Shown piece after piece: positions 22,431 through 32,608 of a stretch of 32,897 nucleotides of DNA. The stretch lies in contig CAXUUL010000097.1 in assembly GCA_964255285.1 (NCBI GenBank), positions 1-32,897 on the forward strand, written 5' to 3'. How positions within the stretch are numbered: the first letter of the stretch is position 1; the number at the start of each line of letters is the position of its first letter. This DNA comes from Ionaspis alba. Its lineage: Eukaryota. Below the pieces are notes generated by a model. It saw only the letters and a program-made list of their open reading frames with translations. It had not been told where the DNA came from and searched no databases. The position numbers were made by a program, and so were the translations under genes.

Positions 22431-23705
22431 ATGGACAAAGCAAAGGCTGCTGTCAGTGACTTCATGTGAGTATTTGCCCTTGCACTGCTCACTCCTCTCA
22501 GTCCACTTCGGATTCTTCCTCTCTTGCCACCTTCATTGAAGACATGGAGTCTCAGTGTGTCTGCCTCTTTCACTTCAATCCCCCATTTCTCATCGCTATA
22601 ACCAATCTCCGTGCGAATTTCAGCACTGACCTCATCCTCCGGTGTGGGGAACATTTGCACTGACGTCATATCTACTCCCATAGGCACAAGGCTGGCAAAC
22701 ATGACACCACCGTCCACGAGAAGGTAGCACCCGCCGTGCAGCAGGAGCGTGTCCATAGGCACGAGCATGAGGAGGCGCAGACCGCCATCGACCGCGAGGT
22801 TCATCAGGACCATTACCACACCTCAGTCCAGCCAGTCAAGGATCGTGAGGTGCTCCCCGAACAGCACAAGCACAACATCTTGCCCGTCGAGCACCGTGAG
22901 CACAACCATGGTGATGCCAGCGCCATCAAGGCCCGTCTCGAGCAGGAGGCTGCACAGTTCAGAAACACCCGCACCGAAGGCGAAACGAAACATACTCATT
23001 CCGTAGCTCCCGTCATTGCTGGAGAGCATGTCCACCACCACGTTCATGAGGTCAGTGATCTCGTGTTGCTACCGCTTCGCATGTGACTGACGTATTTTGA
23101 AGACTATTCAACCGGTCATCCAGAAGGAGACTATCCAGCCCTCAGTCGTCCACACCACTGTTCCCATCCACGAGACTCACCACAACGAGGCCAAGCACCA
23201 CGCTGCGTCGGCACTTCCCGCGGTCAGCATGGCCGACTTCAAGAAGCAGGGAGGCAGCCTTACCGGCCGCGAGGAGCGCTATGATGGATTTGAGGGAGAG
23301 CCTCGGGCCATCGGAAATGCTCTCGGCGGCTCCACCACCGGCAGCAGCGGGTTGACGGGGTCAAGCACTACTGGCACTGGCGTGACTGGATCCCATCAAC
23401 ACGGCCAAACAACCGCTGGACCCCACGGAAACCTTGGCAACAAGATGTGAGCGATACCATTGATGGTTGACATATGTGCCGTGATACTGATTAGATCCAG
23501 GGATCCTCGTGTCGACTCCGATATGGATGGCTCCCGTAATATGGGCGCCAGCAACACCGGGTCAGGATACGGTACAGATAGTGCGATGCGAGGCACCACC
23601 GGAAGCCATAACGATTCCACTACTACCAAGAAGCCGAGTCTGTTGGACCGTCTCAACCCCATGAAGGATTCTGACCACGACGGAAAGAAAGGAATTGGCG
23701 AGTAA
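22431..23705 (+). CDS. His-rich 'allergen'-type protein with a C-terminal DPR dehydrin-like motif, about 316 aa
   Basis: MDKAKAAVSDFMHKAGKHDTTVHEKVAPAVQQERV..REVHQDHYHTSVQPVKDREVLPEQH..EHVHHHVHETIQPVIQKETIQP..GPHGNLGNKMDPRVDSDMDGS..KKPSLLDRLNPMKDSDHDGKKGIGE. Exons 22431-22465, 22684-23050, 23103-23446, 23501-23705. Confidence 0.9.
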
Positions 23706-24254
23706 AGCACGACTTTTCTGGTGCTTCTCTCGTTGCCACGGGTATGGATTAGAGATATTCTGATACCACTGAGGTGACCCACAGGTGGACGAAATGCGGG
23801 GTTTGGGATTGCTTGCAAAGCGCTTGTTGCCGTGTAACACTAGATTACTAGGATTATGAAAAATAGATAACCGGGTATGCATGAAATAAAAAGCGATACT
23901 TGCTAACGAAATTGAACCAAATATGTCTTTGCAATGGCACGTCACAAGTCTAGCACGTCACAAGGCTATATCTGAATGAAACGTAATTAGCGCTATTGTT
24001 AGACCTTCGATACTTGTAAAGTCGTTACCAAGGGAATCGGTTGTTCACTCTCTCGATGTATTGTGATTCGATATCGCGCTCCGTATCAGGCCACGATTAC
24101 CTTCCAACTTTTCCCCCCAACGTCAGTAATATTCATTAGCGACAAGGTTAATCGACTTGACCAGGTGACGAGATCTTGATCTTACACCGTTGACACCAGC
24201 AATACGCATACTGGTGCTATGGAGTCAAACCATGAGCATTTCTCACCATACCCA

Positions 24255-26155
24255 CTATTTCTTGCCGAAGAAAAACATTATATTTCCCTGTCCCGGTTTC
24301 CCGGCCGCTTTCTTCGGTCTGCCAGCTGACGATGCCACGGATGACGATGGTTTCGGCTTCGGTGCTGCCACCGGCTCGTCTTCCGAGAAAGATTCCCACG
24401 CCGGTTCCTCCTTTGTGACTTTGGCAGCGTGAGCGCGGCGGACCATGAGGAATGTGGAAGAACCGAAAGAATTGCGAGGACCTGGGTCTGACGCTTACCT
24501 AGATATCCCTCTTCGTCCTTGAGCGTCTTCTTCTTCATCACCTTGCGCCTTCCTCGGCGGCGGCCTCCCGACACCACCGCCATCATTTCCATGGATGGCT
24601 CTGTTGCACGTGGCGGTGCATCAATAGGCTGCGAGTCGTCGGCCTCTGGGGATAGGCTGTCAGGGGCATTTTCCATCGGCACATCTATACGAGTCATTTA
24701 TTGACGCTTGAAATTAGATCTTGTACACCTGCCTTCATCTTCCATCATGCTGCGTAGCTGCTCCTCTCTCTCGGCTCTTGAAGGTCCTGGCGGTACCACA
24801 TTCTTCTTCGATAATGACACGATAAAATCCTCCTCTTGTTCGTCCTCAGAAGCATCTTTCATCGGTACTTGAATCCTGTTAGCACGTCGACTTCTTGGGA
24901 AAGGAGCGTTCGATTATCACACCATCTTGCTTTACACTAGGCGCTTCCTGGGAGAAGGCCTTATTCAGCATTACCCTCATGAACATAGTTAGCAGTGTAC
25001 TCACCGATTGTGGATCGATCGGCGCGGGAGATGCAGCTAAAGAACTGTCCGTGTTCTCTCTGCTGACATTCGCCCTCGGCTTGCCAAAGGACTTGAAGAT
25101 ATCAGAATGCTCCCGTTTGACTGCGGTTGGTCTACTAGCAGCTTTCTTGGCGGTGTCTTTTGCTGTATCTCGCGATATCTCCTGCTCGAGATTAGATTTT
25201 GCCGTGGCTGAAGTCAGAGGATTGACGTCGGCAGATGTAGCCATTGGTTTCGTTGGTAGTCGAGGAGGGACAGCGGCTGCTGCAATAGGTGGTCTGCCTC
25301 CTGTTCTTCGCTGTGGCATGCTAAGTTTCAGCAGTTGTACAAGACGTGTATAATTTAGGCGCAGACCTTCACTCTTGGGTTCTCAATGACCCCGTATTGT
25401 TTCCATGATATGATCGGATCTTCCTTTGCATAATCAATCGATACTTCACGCGTCAAATCGGATATTATTTGTAGATTCTGCCTCTCTTAGTGTGGTAGCA
25501 ATGCTGGAGCATAGAGATGTATACCTGAATCGAACTTGGTGCCAAACAGTAGACATGTATGGATGAGATGCTCTCATATTGTGCCTTGACAGCTAGGTTC
25601 GTAGAAGTCTCAGCTACAGTCTACACAATCAGGTGAGGCCACATGACCTGCCTACTTTCTAATTGTTCTTCTCTGACCAATGTCACCATTTTCGACGCAG
25701 GTAACGTATGCTCCTCCTCGTCTTGTCGCGGCATGGAGCTGCTCATGAACGGACTACTCCGCATATGTCTATCACTGTCATGTTGCTCGTTGCTGGTGCC
25801 ATTCGCATTTGTCGTGTACTTTGTAATCTGTCTGCCACTCACGAGGTACGTTGCGTGGACAGACCCCAGCTTCTTCGTAGTTTGCGTGCGGTGAAAGTCA
25901 TAAAGCATCCTGGCAGGAGTCTATCAGTGAATTTGAGGATCTACCATCCAGATCAGCACCTTACCTTTTTGCAACGTTGCCATGAATCTTCAATGCTCTG
26001 CTGAGGGAACGGTAGCTCACCTAGATGTGCGACTCTCAGTAAATAGACTCTAGAGGAAGATGGTCAGGTAAACCCACAGGCTTGCCTTCGCTCAATACAC
26101 TGGCCGCTAAGTAGGTGGTATAGTCTGGCAACATATCGTAATCGTGAGTTGACAT
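24255..26155 (-). CDS. POL32: DNA polymerase delta subunit 3 (Pol32/Cdc27), about 460 aa, 10 exons
   Basis: N-terminal YLAASVLSEGKPVSYRSLSRALKIHGNVAKRMLYDFH..VHATYLVSG; C-terminal RRRGRRKVMKKKTLKDEEGYLVTKEEPAWESFSEDE and PIP box QGNIMFFFGKK. Exons 26155-26078, 26020-25965, 25909-25656, 25592-25525, 25477-25367, 25310-25005, 24947-24923, 24867-24733, 24684-24499, 24418-24255. Alternative ATG at 26134. Confidence 0.92.
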
Positions 26156-26203
26156 GAAATGCCGTTGTTGCAATAGAAATACTTTCAGTCCTCGGCGTGG
26201 GAG

Positions 26204-26239
26204 ACGCGACGTCCGGGAATAACCTTACAGTTTACGCGT
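26204..26239. promoter_or_regulatory. MCB elements in the 145-nt POL32/RAD18 bidirectional promoter
   Basis: ACGCGT at 26234-26239 and near-match ACGCGA at 26204-26209. Confidence 0.6.
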
Positions 26240-26300
26240 CTTAACTGGCGGCTGTGTCACTTCAATCTCTGCAAGTCGCAAACCACTTTGAGCCCAGGGC

Positions 26301-27631
26301 ATGCAAGCAGAATCGTCGATGGACCGATCTGTCGATGTGTCTGACTCTTCAGACTGGCTGAAGACACCATTGAAAGCATTGAGCACAGTCGAAGCAGCCC
26401 TTCGTTGTCAGGTTTGCAAAGACTTCTATGATACGCCTATGATTACGCTCTGCTCCCATACCTTTTGTTCCCTCTGCATACGTCGATCTTTGACCAATGA
26501 TGGCAAATGTCCGTTATGCCGAAGTACAGAGCAGGCTAAGAACCTCAGAAATAATTCAGTGCTCCAGGATTTGGTGCAGGCATTCCAAGTGGCCAGACCG
26601 AGCATCCTCGACCTAGGATCGAAGGTTTTAAGGGATACTGAGGACGAGACCTCGGTCAAAAAACTTAAGAGGAAACTAGATGAGACAGATCTCGAGGAAT
26701 CTAGGAATCCGAGAATCTCGCAGAGAAAGACAAGATCACAAGGCCGAACGTCATCGCCAATTCGACAAGATACCAAAGCGTCTGAAATACAACAGGTAGT
26801 CGGTGATATCGAAGATCCTGGTTATCAACATGGTAGGCTACGTTGCACCACCAAACGTTTCTTGTGGCTGACCACGAACAGACGAAGGACTGGTGACCTG
26901 TCCGATTTGCCAGGATCAAATGAGAGAAGTCCTTATAAATCGCCATCTAGACGCCCACGCGGTGCAAGACAGCAGTAAGAATGCGAACGGCTTGCAAGCC
27001 AGGTCAGATCCTTAAGTTCCGAAAGCTGCGAGAGTCTCTCTGACGATGGTGCAGTGCTGCGAAAAGTTTTCTTAGGCCTTCATCATCTCACCCTGAGCGC
27101 CTTCCAGCTCTCAGTTATTCTATCTTGAATGAAAATCAACTACGCAAGAAAGTGGGCATCCTAGGTATATCTAATACTGGATCCAAGCAGTTGCTCATGC
27201 GGCGGCACACAGAGTGGGTGAATATGGTCAATGCCAATTGCGACTCGTCCAATCCCAAGACCAAAGATGAGCTGCTTCGTGACTTGAGGGCCTGGGAAAA
27301 GAGCCAGGGAAGCGGAAACTCCACCGTCCAAGCTATTCCAACGGTAATGGCCAAAGATTTCGACGGAGCTGCATGGGCCTCGAACCACAGCGATGAGTTC
27401 CATGAGCTCATCGTAAAGGCCAGACAGAAGCGGAAATCGCCGGCCGTAGACAGCAGCACCCAAGAGCGAGGTCAAGATCGACCTGCGAGCTCCAACCCTG
27501 GAACGAGAACCAGAGGATCGCCAGAAGAGCTCACTGCTCAAGTTCGTGCAAGAGGAGCTCATCCAGCTATTCTATCTGAAGTGCCTGTCATCGACCTCGA
27601 GGGAGAAGGACTTGTGTATCAAAACGGGTAA
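26301..27631 (+). CDS. RAD18: Post-replication repair E3 ubiquitin ligase Rad18, about 409 aa
   Basis: DSSDWL, RING CQVCKDFYDTPMITLCSHTFCSLCIRR..CPLCR, UBZ CPIC..HLD, SAP region ERLPALSYSILNENQLRKK..LGI..GSKQLLMRRHTEWVNMVNANCDS. Exons 26301-26832, 26882-27002, 27055-27631. Confidence 0.96.
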
Positions 27632-27835
27632 TCGTAGCAGGTGCTGATAAGGCGTATAAAGAAGCAGGTAGCAAGTCCACTCCAAGTCCCGAAGTGTCGA
27701 CAGCACGCCCATATTGATACTGGTCGTTCCACTAGATATGCGACACTCTCTGGTGGTGGCACAAATGAAATCTCGTGGCTACCATCCCCAAATCCTTGAG
27801 CATGCGCCTTTGCAAGTCATGAAAGCATTGTTGCT

Positions 27836-29546
27836 TCAAGGCTCAAGAACCGCTAATCGCTTGGAAGAATCTGTGTCTTTTGCAGGCTTCTTAGGCTCAT
27901 CAGCAGCTTTGCTCTCGTCGAGAGACACCAGGCCAAGGGTCTTTGTACTTTTGTCGAACTCCACCTCGGCTACATCACTGGGATTTTCCGATCCAAACTC
28001 TGTTTGATCATCTTGCGGCGCTTTCCTCGCAGCTTGAGACTTGAACTCGGTCGCTGTTGTCTGGCTGTCGATCAGATCGATTCGCTTCTGAGTCTCGAGT
28101 GCCGAATTTTCTCCCTCTTTGGCGAGTTCTTCCCTTTCCAGAGACTCAAGCTCCTCATCAACGACACCTTCGTCAAGTATCGCAGTTCCTCGATTGAATT
28201 CGTGAATGATAGTCCCTATGTCGTCCACGCTATCCATTTGCTCTCGAAGACCTGCGAGTACGTCCTCCACCGTCTCAACGCCACCGATCTCAGAATGCAG
28301 CCCTTTCAATGCTTCTGTACTCGCTTGCATGACTCTCATAACATCGACTTGATCGGCGGCCTCCTGGATCTTGGTGTACACGGCCTCTAGCTGCGCCAGT
28401 GTCTCGGATCTGCGTGCAAGCAAAGACTCGTGCAGTTTCTTCGTCCTGAGATTCGCCATCGCTGACGCACGATTCTTCTTTGATATAGAAGTCCGAGCCT
28501 TCTGAGAAGACTCATTGATTTTCGTCACCAAAACCTCCAACTGTGCTGTAAGATCTGATATCAAAGACCTAAGGGACACAATATTGATATCTTGAGACGT
28601 GATTGCAGGAACATCTTCTTTGGGCCCTCTAATCTTGACCAACTGTTGCATACATAGTCAACTTTGGCCAATCCGGAGGGAAAGTCAAAAGCGAACCTGC
28701 TCGTTATAAGCTATCATTTTCATGTCTCGCGCCAGATGAACGAGTAGAATCTTCATATCGTCGCTTGTAATCTCATGAGGGAGGCCGAGTGCCGTAGTGG
28801 CTTCATTCCGGAAAAGGTTCATGGGCAGTAGTCGCTCTACGCGGCCAGAATGATAAGCCATTTGCCTAATGACTTGACGAGCGGCTTCCTGAATTCCATT
28901 TGTCAGCCTCCACCCCCCTGAATATCGGATTCCTGATCTTGGATTCCCTTCCACCTTCAGATTTGCTGTCAACACGTATTGCCCCTCTGGTAACGGTCCT
29001 TGTGTTGGCGTTCTTCCGCCACTTTCAAAATGCTTCAAACCCCACGACAGCAGGGATCGTGGCAGAACAAGCCAGCTACGATTCCCAGTGTCTGAGGATA
29101 TTTTAAGAAAGGTCTGCAAAGGCACCATTAGACCATGTGAAATAGCTTCGTCCTAGTGGTACAGCAGTCAGAGATCCTGTGTAATGCCTAGAATGCACGA
29201 GACAATGTTCACCTACAACAACGGCGCCTAGTGCCATAGGTCTACCCCATTCTTTCGTTTCGAGAGCTTGTAACAATTCCTCTCCGGTCTTCAGGGACAA
29301 GATGTTCCGCTCTCCAGGAATGACTCCCGCCCTTGCGGCATGAGCTAGTCCGGTCTCCCATGTAGTAATATTGAAGGCATAGCCGTCAGGATTGTTAGCC
29401 TGCTGTTGTCTGAAGTCCGAGTACAATGATGAGAGCCGAGCTCTATAATTCTGATTAGCTTCCCAGATTGACGATGCCCTCGTCTCCTTCCGTTACCTTC
29501 TAAATTGTGCCTCTTGTGTTTCAAGGTAGGTCAGAAGCTCGCTCAT
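27836..29546 (-). CDS. CMP7: ESCRT-II/III hybrid protein CHMP7/Cmp7 (Snf7 family), about 490 aa
   Basis: MSELLTYL..FRRARLSSLYSDF..NPDGYAFNITTW, WGRPMALGAVV, C-terminal Snf7 helical domain (AMANLRTKKL..LAQLEAVYTKIQEAADQVDVMRVMQAST..IGGVETVEDV). Exons 29546-29497, 29442-29217, 29152-28955, 28888-28697, 28642-27836. Confidence 0.9.
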
Positions 29547-30289
29547 GGTGCACACAATCTCGGATAGATGGTGTTTGCAAAGCAATATCCACGTAAGCTC
29601 GGATCGGCGTCAACAAAATTACTATCCTCTCTCTTGCGTGAAGCAGCTGTTGACAAATTACATAATTCAAATCCCACTTCTAGACATCATTTGAGTGTAA
29701 GCTTAACACAGATTTAAGATTTCAGCATGTTTGAAATATTAAGACCCGGGATTAATCTAAGTTATCTGATCTATGACTTTGCCCTCAGGCCTGCTGTCAA
29801 ATTGCCCCGGATCCTTCGAATCTCTTACGACCATGACTGGGTCCTCCAAGTACCACCTGCTCCGGTCGGTCACGTCCTGGATCAATATATCCTATCGAGT
29901 CCGATCCATCGAAGTCCCTTTCAAAGGTAGTAAAAACGCTGTCAGACATTATATTGATTAATATCCTGTTCCAAGCGATGCCGACTCTAGGCAACGGTGA
30001 GAGTATTGCACGGATCATGTGCGTGGAAGGTAGCATGTTTAGAAAACGGTGATAGTACTGGTATCAGCCGGCAGTATCATGGTCATTTTTAATGCCGATC
30101 CAGCCACCTCTACACGGAGCTGACTCATGAACGACTTTCAACATAAATGGACAGCATGAGGATCTAGGAGCCCGCTGGACGCTGAACCAGGCATGTAATT
30201 GTTCATGAGTCTGTTCGTGTGGTCGGAATGGAATGCGTGGACTCAGATGGGTCTCGAGGTAGCTAGATGTTTGACTGGATAGGACTATC

Positions 30290-32608
30290 TCACACAAAGC
30301 CGTCATTGGCTTGATCCAGGGGATCATTGAGCTGCTGCAATAGATTAACTGCTTCAATTCCAGGCGACTGTTGTCCTTTGAGAAAAAGGCTCATTCGTCG
30401 TTCAGGAGATGTGACGTAGGCATCCAAGTTTTCGCTTTCTTCATCCATTGTGTCGGCCTTCTGAGTAATGCCCCAATGCCGTGGAGAGGTTGGAGGAAGC
30501 GCACTCTCTTCGTTTGTGCTCTTTTCGATCTGTAACCAGAATTCTTGCATGCCAAGGAAGTGAGGAAGGCCACGTTTCTGCGTGGAAGTTTCATAGCATC
30601 TGGCAGATTCAAATAAGCGGGATTTAGCATTGTTGTGCTTGCGCAGCTGAAGCCAGACGTCCGACGACAAGAGCTTCCAAAAACCAGCCTTTCGATTTCG
30701 GGAACCCCAATGTTCTAATCCTATGCCTGGCTGGGATGTGTAGCATAACGCAAGCCGCTCTGTCAAAAGGCTTTGTGCCAAGGGACTCATGACGGATAAT
30801 TCCAACAGACGATCCGCCCACTTCGCTGCATCTTCGACCGCAGTACCACCACGGCTCTTGTAGAGCTCAACCGCGACGGTAAGGCACCTTATGGCGCCAT
30901 GTGTATCAGCACACCTTGTAATATAAGAATATGAAGCTGCGTCAAGCATCTGATCAATGGTATCTACCCTGGACCTTAAAGTGGACGTCTGCACTGCCAG
31001 GAGCAGACTCATCGCCATCATCTCATGTGCAATGGCATGGTGTTTCCAAGCCTTGTCATCGCCAAAATCAGTCCGCAGAATATCATAGATGCTGCTTGAC
31101 AACTTCCAGTCTCTGAGGATGAAAGCATAATCGGCCAATCGGTGCATGAGAGCTTCAGGGGAATCTTGTACATAGTAGCCCTGTGTGGAGTTGTAATTAC
31201 TTCCTGACGTGGCAGTGCTATTGGACGGCGAAGGCTTTTGCACTCGATTACCACCAAAGCCTACCCAACGCTTAGAGAGAGACATGAAGCGCCCGCTAAT
31301 ACCTCGTCTTCTTGAGGCGACTTGATCATTCCATGTGGTCACCCGGCTTTCCATAAATGGTAAGACTGATTGGGTAACCATTTCTCGCACGAATGTTCGA
31401 AGGATTGCGGCATCAGTGTCGAAGACATACTGTTTATAATCGTTGATAGCCGCATCTTGTTCTGCTTTGTGGTCAGTACCAAACGCTAGCCCGATACAAA
31501 TGTGATTACCTCTACGTTCCATGTCCTGAAGATCCTCTGCGGCCGAGAGCCATTCACAGTCCGGCATTTGGGTACTGTCCTCCTCAGCAGGTCCACACTC
31601 AATGCTTCTCAGCCGTAATAAGTGGCAGTGCAGGCCAAAGTGTCGCTTCATCTGGTCAAATAGAGCAGTCGAACGAGATATGTCATCATGGTCCTCGTCA
31701 TGTACCAAGACGTAGTAACGTAAATATTCATCACCTGCCCAAGCAGGCAGTTTCTGGTCACCTTGCCGTGTTTCGCTGTACAACTCACGTAACCTTTCAA
31801 TTGGATTAGCGCACTGCGAGCTGATGGCTATAACACAGGCCACCGGTTGGGATAATGGTTCGTGCGGAACCATGGGCCGATCAGCCAGCAGCTTTTTCAA
31901 GTAATACGAGTAGTACGGTGGCGGCGCCGAATCCGCGGATGCAGACACCTCCACTTTATCATCGAACAGACTCTTTTGTGCAAATATATGGCGTTCCACA
32001 ACCTCGTCGACCGGTGACAAATTGACAGATGGTGATGAACTCGAAGTACTGCCGGGAAGGACCTTGGATTTGTTACTGCTGACTTTGGTCTGCTTAAGCC
32101 CCGGCTTACTGTCGAGAGCACGAGGCCACAAACTTGTGGCATTATTCCCAAACTCGACGAATCTAACACCAAAATCGTTCCAACTCTTGCTTGCCCCTAC
32201 GCTGTCTCGTATGACCACCTTCCCCTGTACACTCTCCCCAAAGGGTCTCAACAGTCCACAGAACCCTCCATAGATTCCCTTGAGACGAACAAGCTCTTCC
32301 GTGTCGGAAGACGCGAAGACAGCGATCTTAGCTTGTGATGACTTCAGTATGATGTTTCTTGGATCGTTGTTGTTACCGAAAGGTGTGGGTAATGCAGGTG
32401 ATCTGCTATCTCTGCTTCGCGAGCCTTCGACACTGCTCCTCGTTGAAGCTGAGGGAGAAACAGTTGCTGGTGTGGAAGCCTCGACGTCTAAGGCAAGACG
32501 ACTTGATGCCGGTCTCAGGGAAGGGAAGTGAGCTTTTTCTGTTGACAGTATTGGTAGTGATGGTTGGTGCCCCTCTCCTTCACCGGAGTCGTGCTCTGCT
32601 GGCAGCAT
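30290..32608 (-). CDS. TRS85: TRAPPIII subunit Trs85 (TRAPPC8), about 756 aa
   Basis: LLRPFGE, PHEPLSQPVACVIAISS, YLRYYVLVHDEDHDD, MKRHFGLHCHLLRL, FVREMVTQSVLPFME, SPEALMHRLADYAFILRDW, DFGDDKAW. In-frame intron 31462-31509 (GTAATC..CTGAC..CAG); ATG at 32608. Confidence 0.94.
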   Translation of the reverse strand: MLPAEHDSGEGEGHQPSLPILSTEKAHFPSLRPASSRLALDVEASTPATVSPSASTRSSVEGSRSRDSRSPALPTPFGNNNDPRNIILKSSQAKIAVFASSDTEELVRLKGIYGGFCGLLRPFGESVQGKVVIRDSVGASKSWNDFGVRFVEFGNNATSLWPRALDSKPGLKQTKVSSNKSKVLPGSTSSSSPSVNLSPVDEVVERHIFAQKSLFDDKVEVSASADSAPPPYYSYYLKKLLADRPMVPHEPLSQPVACVIAISSQCANPIERLRELYSETRQGDQKLPAWAGDEYLRYYVLVHDEDHDDISRSTALFDQMKRHFGLHCHLLRLRSIECGPAEEDSTQMPDCEWLSAAEDLQDMERRGNHICIGLAFGTDHKAEQDAAINDYKQYVFDTDAAILRTFVREMVTQSVLPFMESRVTTWNDQVASRRRGISGRFMSLSKRWVGFGGNRVQKPSPSNSTATSGSNYNSTQGYYVQDSPEALMHRLADYAFILRDWKLSSSIYDILRTDFGDDKAWKHHAIAHEMMAMSLLLAVQTSTLRSRVDTIDQMLDAASYSYITRCADTHGAIRCLTVAVELYKSRGGTAVEDAAKWADRLLELSVMSPLAQSLLTERLALCYTSQPGIGLEHWGSRNRKAGFWKLLSSDVWLQLRKHNNAKSRLFESARCYETSTQKRGLPHFLGMQEFWLQIEKSTNEESALPPTSPRHWGITQKADTMDEESENLDAYVTSPERRMSLFLKGQQSPGIEAVNLLQQLNDPLDQANDGFV

